64,000 bases of DNA from a virus: positions 1-64,000 of IMG/VR virus record IMGVR_UViG_3300023179_000062. One strand, written 5' to 3'. Position numbers and translations under genes: made by a program. The notes beneath the pieces were generated by a model, which did no database searches, was not told the DNA's origin, and saw nothing but the letters and a program-made list of their open reading frames with translations. Positions 7,467 through 17,399 of this stretch are shown one piece after another (the stretch's first letter is position 1; each line of letters begins with the position of its first letter).

Positions 7467-10400
7467 TTAATCTCCTGATCTTTTATAGAAGGATGGGGCT
7501 TTACCTAATCCTTTAATAGGGACATCGGTATCTCTCAAGGCTTGATCTTTATTAAGCATTCCTAGTTTTGCTTGAGCAAGTTTTTGACGATCTTCAAAGC
7601 GTTGTTGTTTAAGTTTCAGTGCTTCAGGAGAATGGTCTTTATGTCCCGTCATAAATTCTTCATGGGTATAGCACATAGGGGAATCGGCTTTACTTGAGTC
7701 ATAGTAGCTACTATCCATTTCGTATATATATTCTTCGGGATTTTGTCCCATGAATTTGAGAAGGTCCATGGTTGGTTTCACCAGATTATCTTGCCATCCA
7801 GTCCAATAGCTTATAATTTTGTTATGTGTCCACACACGCACTTCATATGCTCCTCTATCATGTTGTTTTTGTGCAATGTCATCTAGAGCAATATCACTCT
7901 TAATATCATTGATATCATCAGAAGGTTTTAACTCATGATCTTTTATACGACGTAAAGTACCCCGAAGATTTCCGTGTCCGGCTTTTTGTGGCGAAGAATC
8001 TTTTCTAAATACAAAGCTACCGGGAGTTCCATCTGTAAGCATTAATACGGTATAACTCTCTTCATTATTATTATAATGGATAGTTGTCTCTGGATCATTT
8101 CTATCTTTTATGTGGTCGGGGCTTTCGGTAAACATGTTTACGTTTTCTTTGATATCACCGTTTTGCACTAATGTTTTAATTTTAGCCATTAAAGTGTCAA
8201 GTGATTCTTTACCGAATACCTTTACCCATTCTTCCCTTGACAGACCCTTGGGTGTTCCCATAGGGGCTTCTTCTGTTACCCATTCACCGTTTACAAAATA
8301 TGCTAATTTAGTCTTATCAATATTTGCAGCCTCTATTAAATCATTCGTTTTACCGACATAGATAATCCATAACCATTTAGCATTGTCATTGAATTGTATA
8401 CCGGGAACCGCACTAGGATTTGTGAAGGGGCGGATTGCACGGGAAATTGCAAAGTTTTTGGTTAATGTACTTGATGATCCTTCTGTAGTCGTCTTTGTTT
8501 CTTCTTTCTCTTTATCCTCGCCCACATATTCTTTTATCTTCTCCTTTAATTCTGTCAAGGCGGCTTGACCGAACGTATTTGCCCAATCAATTCCTAACAT
8601 ACCCACATATTCCACATAGTCCTCTTCAGGCGTCTCATCAGTCCAGTCACCATTAACGAAATAAAATAATTTATCAATAGGTATCTTTGCTTTTTTAACT
8701 AAATCAGTTTCTATGCCTAAGTAGATAACCTTTAGATTTTTTGTCAAGCCATTGGCTGCAATATTTTTCATATGCATTGAAGAGCCAATGAAGGGACGCT
8801 GCGCACGACGAATGGCAAATGCTATCAATTCATCTTGTTCAGAAGGACTGAGAGTTTTTAGTTGGGGAGCAACAGTAGCAACGGGTGTTATTTGTTCCGG
8901 TTTAACAACAACGGCTGTTTTACCTAATTGAGTGAATGCATAATCTCCGAAGATTGAGCGCCATACGGGACTAGTAATTGCATATGAGGTATTGTGCCAT
9001 CCGATCATATGATCCTCATGATGTTTGATCCATGTAGAGTTCGTTGTATCATATAGAAATAATTTTTCTTCGGGAATCTTTGCCTTCTCGATTAATGGCC
9101 CCATGCCTACAGATATTAATAACCGTGATTGAATATGTGCATCCGTGGCAAGAAATGCTAGATTAGTACCTTTCAATTTACCATTATTGAAAAACGGTAC
9201 ATTTGCAATAGTCAATGCTTGTGTTACCAGATTATCATTTACCTTTGGTTTGGTTGTTCCTGTTAAATCACTTAGATCAGGGTCGGGTAATTTATTAGGT
9301 GTAGAGGTACTGTCGTTCTCTGCCAATACTTTAAAGAAGTCTTTAAAGCGGAATGATTCTCCATTGAGATAACGCTGTTGTACTCCCATAGCAGGTTTTG
9401 GTTTTACTCCCATTTGAATAAGGGCTTCTTTCTTTTCCTCAGGAGGAAGCCCATGAACCACTTTTTGCCAATCACTAGTATTAGTAGACTTTTTATTAAC
9501 TAAATCTTTTCTTTCGGGTTTATTTGTTAATGAAGCTAAACTGACGGGATCGGTGTTATCTAATTCCCATTGATATTCATTAGGATTACCTCCTATTAAT
9601 TTAATCATTTCGATTATTTTTGGTAAGTTATTTTTTACATATACAGACTTGTTCCAAAACGAAATATAATTATGTTCTGTCCAAATTCTACCTTGTATAC
9701 ATTCGGGTAGTTTTCGTAACATGAATTCTCTGTCGGTATCCGGTCCTGCATATGATAAAAGTTTAACAGATGGAGTACCATAAAAGGTTAACAGGGATTT
9801 CCGGTGTTTGTTACCATGAGTAAATGCGTCATCAATATATTCAAATAAACCGGAATGAAATACTTTATTACTATTGGTAAGACATATAAAATCTTGATGA
9901 ACAATAAAGGTTCGGGCATCGGGCATTCGCCATCCTAAACTTTCTTCTTCTATTCCATCAACAGGTTCTGCTAAAGGAAACCATGTCACTGAATGATCTG
10001 GAGATTCCTTAAAGAAGTCCTTGAAACTTTCCCCCATTGCATATCTTGCTTCTACACCTTTTGCGGCTTTCGGCTTTACACCCATTTGAATAAGGGCTTC
10101 TTTCTTTTCCTCAGGAGGAAGCCCATGAACTATATGGGAAGTATCTGCGGCTTTAATAGGTGTTTGAGTTGGAGCAAGTTTGAAGAATTGCGAATATTTC
10201 AAAAAGGTATCTTCATTATCCCTACCATTATAAAAATTATATTTCATCTTTGTAGGGTCTTTACCGTATAATTTAACTACTCGTTCGACAGTCTTTTTGT
10301 CCTCAGAAGAGAATGAATCTGCGGAATTCCAAAAAGATACAATATCATGTTGCATAGATATTCTACCTAAGAACCCATCATCAACTGCATCTAAGAATGT

Positions 10401-10715
10401 GCCGCGTCTAATATCGGCTACTCTTTTATTTTTTAGAAAATTTATAACATTTTCGGGGGCGACTCCTATTTGTCTATAATATGGTTCAGACCTTTTGAGG
10501 TCATCTTCGGTGCTTATTGAGTGAACCATGTCACTGTATTCAAGTTTAAAAATATTTTTCTTTGCTAGACATAGTAATTCCCAATGTGTTGCAACCTGAT
10601 TATCATAAAAATACATGATGAAATTCCCACAAAACCCAAAGGTAAGTGCGCTTTTATCGCCCATATATAAATCATCAGGGTCTTCGGTTAATAAAAAAAA
10701 GTCTTTGAATCTCAT
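7467..10715 (-). CDS. 1082-aa modular, polyprotein-like putative internal head protein
   Basis: Leader RFKDFF repeated internally; three GRI...ISFWN-type domains and three W..FG-type repeats. Confidence 0.75.
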   Translation of the reverse strand: MRFKDFFLLTEDPDDLYMGDKSALTFGFCGNFIMYFYDNQVATHWELLCLAKKNIFKLEYSDMVHSISTEDDLKRSEPYYRQIGVAPENVINFLKNKRVADIRRGTFLDAVDDGFLGRISMQHDIVSFWNSADSFSSEDKKTVERVVKLYGKDPTKMKYNFYNGRDNEDTFLKYSQFFKLAPTQTPIKAADTSHIVHGLPPEEKKEALIQMGVKPKAAKGVEARYAMGESFKDFFKESPDHSVTWFPLAEPVDGIEEESLGWRMPDARTFIVHQDFICLTNSNKVFHSGLFEYIDDAFTHGNKHRKSLLTFYGTPSVKLLSYAGPDTDREFMLRKLPECIQGRIWTEHNYISFWNKSVYVKNNLPKIIEMIKLIGGNPNEYQWELDNTDPVSLASLTNKPERKDLVNKKSTNTSDWQKVVHGLPPEEKKEALIQMGVKPKPAMGVQQRYLNGESFRFKDFFKVLAENDSTSTPNKLPDPDLSDLTGTTKPKVNDNLVTQALTIANVPFFNNGKLKGTNLAFLATDAHIQSRLLISVGMGPLIEKAKIPEEKLFLYDTTNSTWIKHHEDHMIGWHNTSYAITSPVWRSIFGDYAFTQLGKTAVVVKPEQITPVATVAPQLKTLSPSEQDELIAFAIRRAQRPFIGSSMHMKNIAANGLTKNLKVIYLGIETDLVKKAKIPIDKLFYFVNGDWTDETPEEDYVEYVGMLGIDWANTFGQAALTELKEKIKEYVGEDKEKEETKTTTEGSSSTLTKNFAISRAIRPFTNPSAVPGIQFNDNAKWLWIIYVGKTNDLIEAANIDKTKLAYFVNGEWVTEEAPMGTPKGLSREEWVKVFGKESLDTLMAKIKTLVQNGDIKENVNMFTESPDHIKDRNDPETTIHYNNNEESYTVLMLTDGTPGSFVFRKDSSPQKAGHGNLRGTLRRIKDHELKPSDDINDIKSDIALDDIAQKQHDRGAYEVRVWTHNKIISYWTGWQDNLVKPTMDLLKFMGQNPEEYIYEMDSSYYDSSKADSPMCYTHEEFMTGHKDHSPEALKLKQQRFEDRQKLAQAKLGMLNKDQALRDTDVPIKGLGKAPSFYKRSGD
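9409..10130. repeat. 50-bp perfect direct repeat (9409-9458 and 10081-10130)
   Basis: cccatttgaataagggcttctttcttttcctcaggaggaagcccatgaac, encoding VHGLPPEEKKEALIQMG. Confidence 0.95.
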
Positions 10716-10722
10716 ACGTTAA

Positions 10723-11256
10723 TTATTTATGCTGAACCATGAAACGGTAATTATGAAATTTCTTATTCTTTCCGTGAACTCGTCGCATTTCATCGGAACT
10801 ATGAATGTAACGATTTACTTTAGTTGATATTTCATAGATACTAAAAATAAAAGCATCCTTATATTGTTCATAGAGTTTGATCCAAAACCCCAATCCCGCA
10901 GGAGTCATTGTGGTGTCTGATAGAATATAAGAATATTTCTTCAGAAGATATTCCATATAAATTGCCCGTGCAAGACCTTTATATTTCGGATTTTGTTGAA
11001 TTAAGTTCTCTTCGATACCGGAACGTTTAAGATAAAACCCTACTTCCGCAGCAACCTCCTGATCATTATGAATAAAATATAAATCAGTATCACCGTTGTT
11101 CACTTCCCAAACATCATACTCAATATTATTCAATTTAACCTTTTCAACAAATCGTCCCATCTTTTTTATATGGGGAATCGTTTCCTCCATTTTCAAATCA
11201 ATGTCAACCCGTTGAGGCATCTCTAATAGTAATTTATAGAGAAAATCAAATTTCAT
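10723..11256 (-). CDS. putative GNAT-fold acetyltransferase-like protein
   Basis: PKYKGLARAIY...SD..MTPAGLGFWIKL resembles GNAT motifs A/B of phage proteins. Confidence 0.5.
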   Translation of the reverse strand: MKFDFLYKLLLEMPQRVDIDLKMEETIPHIKKMGRFVEKVKLNNIEYDVWEVNNGDTDLYFIHNDQEVAAEVGFYLKRSGIEENLIQQNPKYKGLARAIYMEYLLKKYSYILSDTTMTPAGLGFWIKLYEQYKDAFIFSIYEISTKVNRYIHSSDEMRRVHGKNKKFHNYRFMVQHK

Positions 11257-11259
11257 AAA

Positions 11260-11694
11260 TTATGGAGTAACAGTAGGAAGTCCTTGTGTGATTGCATTCG
11301 AGAGAGCTTGAAGGATAGGAACAAGATTTTCCACCGAAGCAATTTTATTAGTTACCGCAGTATTATAGTATGTCTTATAAAGAACAACTAATGCATTTGC
11401 TACATTTAATGCTTCAGGGGTTTGGAGTTCTTTAATCTTTGAAGATTTGATGGTTGCTGCTAATGTATCAGGTGAAAGGTCTTGACCAAGGGCAAAAGTA
11501 TTAATTACTGTCACCAAATCCTTAAGATATGGGATTGCTTTTGGTTGTTTTTGAACACCGATACTAACAGTAGGAGGAACAGTGACACTTATAATGACGG
11601 GTGCATTGGTTAAAATTGCTTGTGCTGTCGGAGTTTTACATCCAGTAAGAACTAAGCAAGAACCAAGTAATAAAGAGATAATTAAGTTTTTCAT
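11260..11694 (-). CDS. putative lipoprotein
   Basis: Signal peptide ending in lipobox LTGC. Confidence 0.7.
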   Translation of the reverse strand: MKNLIISLLLGSCLVLTGCKTPTAQAILTNAPVIISVTVPPTVSIGVQKQPKAIPYLKDLVTVINTFALGQDLSPDTLAATIKSSKIKELQTPEALNVANALVVLYKTYYNTAVTNKIASVENLVPILQALSNAITQGLPTVTP

Positions 11695-11704
11695 ATAATA
11701 GTAT

Positions 11705-13456
11705 TTACTCTTCTTGCATAGCCATCATCAACCCATCAATTTCTTTGAATATCTTGGTTTGTATTTTTTTGATGTTTCTTTTTACATTAAGCAAATTACT
11801 TATTATAGTGTACATGTCGTTCGGATCATCCATTGTAAATGATAATTCAACGTTTAGTACATCCCTTTCCCATGAACATGTCTGATTCTTTCTATTCATA
11901 ACATTATTCAATGTAGGTTCATAAAACATATAAAACAACAAACGTTTCTGGTTGTTGATTTGGTCAATAACCGTATCCAGATTTTCACTAAATTTGTTGG
12001 TATTGTTCCATGCCCGTTGGAAAGGGACTTCAAATGTAGTATTAATTCTTACAAAAATATAAGGATGAGCGTCTCTATTTACAGGTTGTGCATGAACTTT
12101 GAAACGGGGGCGAAGTCTGGATTGGTAAGAATTTAAAATATTGTTAACTTCGTCTTGCCACGAAACAACATGATTAGTCTTGTGTCGTATCGCTTTATAC
12201 TCGTTTTTTCCAAAGAAATTATTTAACAAATATTCAAGTGATTCGTCTGAATAATCTCCACCCACAAGAACTATATTATTTTGTGCATAGTTATATTCAG
12301 GAGGATTTTTGAAAATTGGTTGATGTTGTCGGACATAATCTAAAATATTTTCATAGATGTCAGGAGTGATATATCCATATTTTTGTTCAGATTGCAAAGT
12401 AGTGGGAACCGCAAAATCTTTTCCCGTTTCAATATCAACAAATCTACGTAAACGGATACGCCCTATAGGGGCGATACTGCCCGTATTTCTATCAGAATCA
12501 TGAAATATATCTTTGTCATTTAAGTTATTTCTAACTCTTTTCCCGTCAGAACCTTTTATTAAATACACAATTCCTCCGTCATTTTGGGCATCAGCAATTG
12601 CACACTTGGCATAAGTTCCGTCTTCAGAAGAGTACTTTCCTCCCCCTAGTCTGTGACAGGACGAGATACCTTTATGATCTGCCATGCGCAAAACATCAAT
12701 AGGATGGCGTGAAAATAACAAATAATAAAACATATTATTTTGGTCAATTGTCTGTTTCAATGCTCTTAAATGATTTATAGGTTGTACTTTTTCTTTCTTA
12801 ATATTATCAAGAATAACACGGATGGAATGGTAAACGCCGTTACCTAATGTGTTCAATGAATCATTAAATCCGCCACGGATAAATTCTACTCGAATATGAA
12901 TTATATCGTCTATTAATTTCTTTATAGTTTGTACATCCAATGGTTCATTTAATTTATAATTTTCTCTAGTATATGCATTGGCTTTAAGCGTCATGATCAT
13001 ACTTTTATCATGGGTATATAGTTCGTATGTATCTGCGGTGTTGTCATTTTCGAAATGAGGATGGTACGATGTTAGAAATTCTATTATGCGATCTAGTGGA
13101 TTATCTTTATATGCATGAATTTTATATCTTATAAAATTTTGAATAAGTTTATCTTTTATACCACTGACATCTATACGATTATATGCGTCCATCAATTCAA
13201 TCATCTTTTCTTTAAGGGCCGTGTTGATATTTTTACCATGTAATTGTCTATTAGGAAAATCGAAATCGGATAATGCCCATCCTAAATTTTCTGATGCTTT
13301 TTGAAATTTTGGATTAAATACCTTGACTAAGAAACGTTCCCCATGTCCGTTAAACAGGTCATTAAATGGGCGATCAGATACCTTATCCACCGCATCTTGG
13401 ATTTTATCAACAAAACTTTGCTGAGCTTCTAGAAATAATTTAAAGGAATCCGTCAT
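11705..13456 (-). CDS. hypothetical 583-aa protein
   Basis: Conserved-looking core SRHPIDVLRM...SSCH...PIGRIRLR; leader MTDSFKLFLEA. Confidence 0.7.
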   Translation of the reverse strand: MTDSFKLFLEAQQSFVDKIQDAVDKVSDRPFNDLFNGHGERFLVKVFNPKFQKASENLGWALSDFDFPNRQLHGKNINTALKEKMIELMDAYNRIDVSGIKDKLIQNFIRYKIHAYKDNPLDRIIEFLTSYHPHFENDNTADTYELYTHDKSMIMTLKANAYTRENYKLNEPLDVQTIKKLIDDIIHIRVEFIRGGFNDSLNTLGNGVYHSIRVILDNIKKEKVQPINHLRALKQTIDQNNMFYYLLFSRHPIDVLRMADHKGISSCHRLGGGKYSSEDGTYAKCAIADAQNDGGIVYLIKGSDGKRVRNNLNDKDIFHDSDRNTGSIAPIGRIRLRRFVDIETGKDFAVPTTLQSEQKYGYITPDIYENILDYVRQHQPIFKNPPEYNYAQNNIVLVGGDYSDESLEYLLNNFFGKNEYKAIRHKTNHVVSWQDEVNNILNSYQSRLRPRFKVHAQPVNRDAHPYIFVRINTTFEVPFQRAWNNTNKFSENLDTVIDQINNQKRLLFYMFYEPTLNNVMNRKNQTCSWERDVLNVELSFTMDDPNDMYTIISNLLNVKRNIKKIQTKIFKEIDGLMMAMQEE

Positions 13457-13812
13457 ATATTTTTCTGTATCAATTTTATGAACGATGGGGGAATATCCGC
13501 CCGTGATATAATTTCCAACATTTGTGGATCGGTGACAAGAGGAAAATTATCCGGTAGGGTAACGGATAACAAATGTAACAAATCATCTTCTGCAAAATTT
13601 TCCCGTAACCAGTTATTCACCGCTTCTTTCACATGCGCTAATGATTTAAATAATAAAACTCTAGGTGGTTCATTTGTCTGTTCGGTGTTATTACCTTGTT
13701 GGGCCAATATCCCCTGTTTCAAAATATAAGAAAGATCAGAATCTTTACATACATGATAGAAGGTTTTAGCGGTGGCTTGTTCCTGTAAAAGAAAAAAATC
13801 TTTGAATCTCAT
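13453..13812 (-). CDS. small ART-fold protein (Tpt1/KptA/DUF952/Arr-like)
   Basis: FYHV...ILKQGI...RVLLF...DIPPSFI pattern; leader MRFKDFFLLQE. Confidence 0.55.
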   Translation of the reverse strand: MRFKDFFLLQEQATAKTFYHVCKDSDLSYILKQGILAQQGNNTEQTNEPPRVLLFKSLAHVKEAVNNWLRENFAEDDLLHLLSVTLPDNFPLVTDPQMLEIISRADIPPSFIKLIQKNI

Positions 13813-13822
13813 ATAGCTTTAT

Positions 13823-16800
13823 TTATAATTCCTCTTTTTGTAAGTACTCATATATATCTTTCCACCCTTTTTCGCTTACATAATATTTAATATTAGGATT
13901 GGTTCCTATCATACCGTTGGAATACATTTTGGTGGCAGGTTTATAAGCATATAAATCTTTATGAGAGAACATCGGACATAGGTTTACAAGTTTAGCATGT
14001 ACCGAGCCTTGGGGTGAATCGCTTTTTGCCCCATTTCCTACACAATATAAAGTTACTGGTCCGTATATGGTTTTTGCATCTTTGATGATTTCCGTCATGT
14101 CATCCGCAATATCATAGAACATATCAAACTTTTTCTGTTTTTCATCGGCTTGTTGGCTTTTTATTATCTCCTTAACCTTTGGTACATTTTTCAAAGTTTC
14201 GGAAGGTCCGAACACTGATTCCCATTTAGATAGGAGCATATAATAATCCATTGATTCTGATGATCCATATTGCCCTGCTTCGAAATATGGATTTTGACCG
14301 GGATGGTATGCATGGATATCATAATATCCTGCTTTGTCTCCCTTGACGGATTGTAAAATAGTATATATGTTTGGGTCGCCTCCCTTACCTAACCATACCA
14401 TAGTAGCATTATTATGTGCAGGATCAATTTTGGTAGTTTCTGGCGATGCCCTATTCTTCATTGCCTCAAATAATTGAGGAGATTGATCCTTGTAAAATAT
14501 ATCTGGTGGGGGTTCGTTGAAAATCGCTTCCCATGTATGTGATGTAACATAGTACATATTTTTACTAACATTTCCCTTGGTATGATTTTCCCAATAGTCC
14601 GAAGATTTATAATATAGTTCATTAGATTTGATTCCTAATATATCACTTATATTAGGGCTTTCTTTTCCAAATCCGACAGGCACCATAAAATGGATGCCGT
14701 TCTTTTTCTGAATCTGGTACTCAGGTGTATTTGCAATTTGGCGTATATCAAGACGTTGTTTGTCCAATTTTTCTTTATATATGTTTAGTTCATCGACTAT
14801 CCCTTCGGGTAAAGGTCCGAAAATATGTTCCCAACTTTCTCTAGTTATATATAATTTATATTCTTCATACTCTACATGGCTAGACACTGATCGAGTATTA
14901 CCTTCTGCTGTATAAGTTGGGGTATCCAATATCAAGTCATAAAACACTACATTAGATGATCTACCTACATACATTAGATTTTTAGAACATAATAATGTAT
15001 TGTCAATGTTATCAATGCCTCGATTACGCAATTCATCCATAGATGAATTTTTGTCGAAAATATACTTAGATATTAGTGTATAGAAATATGTGGCATCCCC
15101 AAGTTTATCATTTTCTCGTAAAATTTTTGCTACTCCTAAAAATAATTCCTTCTTATCATTTACTATCCATCCTTGGAAATCTATATGTTTTAAATATAGT
15201 GTCCAATCTGTATCGCTCATATCTATAAATGGCTGTAAAGAACCTAACCGTGCTAAAACAAACTTTATTGCATCATGAACTTTACTTATATGTTGAGGGC
15301 GAGCATATGCTTCTAAACTATTCAAAACATTATATAGATTGTCTCCATCAATTAACAATTTTTTATCTAATTCTGTAGAATTCATTACTGTTCTGATAAA
15401 GGAAGTATTTGCTTGTATGCTCAGTTCCTTTTTAATTCTCTGATATAATTCTTCATGGGATAATGGAATCGCTGTTATCTCATTGGAATGTATTGCATGC
15501 ATAATAATTTCACGCTGTCTTACAGGAGAGATTTTATCCCATATAATATGATTAATGTCATCTATACCACCCCTTAATGCATATAATATATTAGAAGAAC
15601 TATATTTATTAAAGAATGTATCCGTGCTTAATTTTTTAATTACATCTATTGCATGTGGGTCAGTATTTAAAATATTTGCAAGTAGATCATTTTTTGTTTT
15701 ATTGTGAATTGCACTATAGGAATTGAACATGCTGCTATATATTAATTCAGTCCGTTGATTAGGAGATATACTATCCAATAAATTTTTAGAATTGATGAAT
15801 GTATCTGCGTATGATGAGAGTATAGCCTGATAATAGTAAGTGTTCTTTGAAAACTTTTTTAGAATTGCCTGTAGAGTTGACTTGGGCCATGTTTCAAATA
15901 TAGACGGTTGTTTATCTACGCTAGGGTCACAATTAAATAACTGTTGAAGATTATTATAAAAATCCGAAGTAACTTCTTCATCGTCTCCTATTATTGCCCG
16001 TTCAATGTCTTTCCATACTAATTCGGGGACTTTATGTGTTTTAACATATTCAGCAATAATTTGGACAGGGACTGGTTCTGTATTAAAATTACGTGCCAGA
16101 TTAACTACCATGTAATGGTTAGGGGTTTGTGAATCAGACATGGTATCTATCAGGTTCATCAACTTTAATGTGGATTCAATTTTGTCGGTGTAAGAGTTGT
16201 CGCCTCTCCCAAAAATATAACTAAGTTTATAAAAAAAACTTTTATTAAATGTGTTCTGGTTAAAATTTAAACAAAGGTTTAATAATACTATTGCATATTT
16301 TTGTAAACCATCAATAGCCTTCTGTGAGGTTGATTCGTCTATTTCAAATGAGTCAATACGTGATTGTAGATATTTTATAAAATTTTCTGGTACTGGGGGA
16401 TTTGTGCCTATACCATATCTAACTATATTTTTAAGTACAAGAGTAGTCAGAGTGTCTACAGAGAGTGATGCAAATTGATATTCGGGAATTCTATGTAACA
16501 TCTTATACGTTACGATGTTATTAATCACCATAGACACAAAAGCGGATTTCTTTTTAAGCATAGCATCTATAGCTTTAGCAGGGTATTTATCATTCCTAAG
16601 CGCCTCTCTAATATTTTGTTCGAGTTTATTGACAGAATGTTCACCGACCTCACTCCAGTTTTTGTTTTCAATTTTTTCAAGAACCTTGACAAATTTTTTA
16701 CCAAATACTACGCTTTGAGTTGGTTCGTTACTATGGATTGAACCTGATCCCGTATCATCAATAAAAATCGGGCATCCTATCTTTATCATTAGATTGGACC

Positions 16801-17386
16801 AATATGCACAGTGTTTACATTGTGATAGAAATTTTATCGAAGTGGAACCATCTGTTGATCTTTTATGTGTCTCCGTCATGGATATTTGTCTGACTACGGA
16901 CCATAATGTTTTAAATGGGGTCTGTTTATACATACAATCCAGTTGATCCAAAATCTTTTTAATATCTTCTAATGTATATGGAGTAACTTCAGTAATAGCT
17001 TTAATTTTATCCTCTAAATTTTCTTTTGAGAAATCGCTTGATCTGACCGCCTTATAACCATCGGCAGGTTCATATACATAGACCGTCGGGCGTTCTGCGG
17101 CAAATGGTAAAGATTTATGTTTAAAATTAGATTCCCACATGGGGGCAAGCACGTACCCATATATCCCTGTAGGGGTATCATATTGATTTCTTGGATTAAT
17201 CCCTACCCCCGGATCAAAGGTAGCTTTAACTTTTCCCGCGTTGTCATAATGAACAATATTATCTCGAAAAGATACCATCACATCTTTTCTATCTTTATAC
17301 TGTTCTAAAACTTCCACTACTGAACGGCGTGGAGTATCGCCTCGGCGGGCTTCTGAGAAGATGTTAAAAAAGGAACTGAAATTCAT
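13823..17386 (-). CDS. 1187-aa putative internal virion protein; possible N-terminal ART-like domain and C-terminal repeats
   Basis: GINP...TPTGIYGY and GSIHSNEPTQ motifs; helical middle; four W..[IV]F-type repeats; leader MNFSSFFNIFSEA. Confidence 0.65.
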   Translation of the reverse strand: MNFSSFFNIFSEARRGDTPRRSVVEVLEQYKDRKDVMVSFRDNIVHYDNAGKVKATFDPGVGINPRNQYDTPTGIYGYVLAPMWESNFKHKSLPFAAERPTVYVYEPADGYKAVRSSDFSKENLEDKIKAITEVTPYTLEDIKKILDQLDCMYKQTPFKTLWSVVRQISMTETHKRSTDGSTSIKFLSQCKHCAYWSNLMIKIGCPIFIDDTGSGSIHSNEPTQSVVFGKKFVKVLEKIENKNWSEVGEHSVNKLEQNIREALRNDKYPAKAIDAMLKKKSAFVSMVINNIVTYKMLHRIPEYQFASLSVDTLTTLVLKNIVRYGIGTNPPVPENFIKYLQSRIDSFEIDESTSQKAIDGLQKYAIVLLNLCLNFNQNTFNKSFFYKLSYIFGRGDNSYTDKIESTLKLMNLIDTMSDSQTPNHYMVVNLARNFNTEPVPVQIIAEYVKTHKVPELVWKDIERAIIGDDEEVTSDFYNNLQQLFNCDPSVDKQPSIFETWPKSTLQAILKKFSKNTYYYQAILSSYADTFINSKNLLDSISPNQRTELIYSSMFNSYSAIHNKTKNDLLANILNTDPHAIDVIKKLSTDTFFNKYSSSNILYALRGGIDDINHIIWDKISPVRQREIIMHAIHSNEITAIPLSHEELYQRIKKELSIQANTSFIRTVMNSTELDKKLLIDGDNLYNVLNSLEAYARPQHISKVHDAIKFVLARLGSLQPFIDMSDTDWTLYLKHIDFQGWIVNDKKELFLGVAKILRENDKLGDATYFYTLISKYIFDKNSSMDELRNRGIDNIDNTLLCSKNLMYVGRSSNVVFYDLILDTPTYTAEGNTRSVSSHVEYEEYKLYITRESWEHIFGPLPEGIVDELNIYKEKLDKQRLDIRQIANTPEYQIQKKNGIHFMVPVGFGKESPNISDILGIKSNELYYKSSDYWENHTKGNVSKNMYYVTSHTWEAIFNEPPPDIFYKDQSPQLFEAMKNRASPETTKIDPAHNNATMVWLGKGGDPNIYTILQSVKGDKAGYYDIHAYHPGQNPYFEAGQYGSSESMDYYMLLSKWESVFGPSETLKNVPKVKEIIKSQQADEKQKKFDMFYDIADDMTEIIKDAKTIYGPVTLYCVGNGAKSDSPQGSVHAKLVNLCPMFSHKDLYAYKPATKMYSNGMIGTNPNIKYYVSEKGWKDIYEYLQKEEL

Positions 17387-17399
17387 ATTTTTATTTAGA

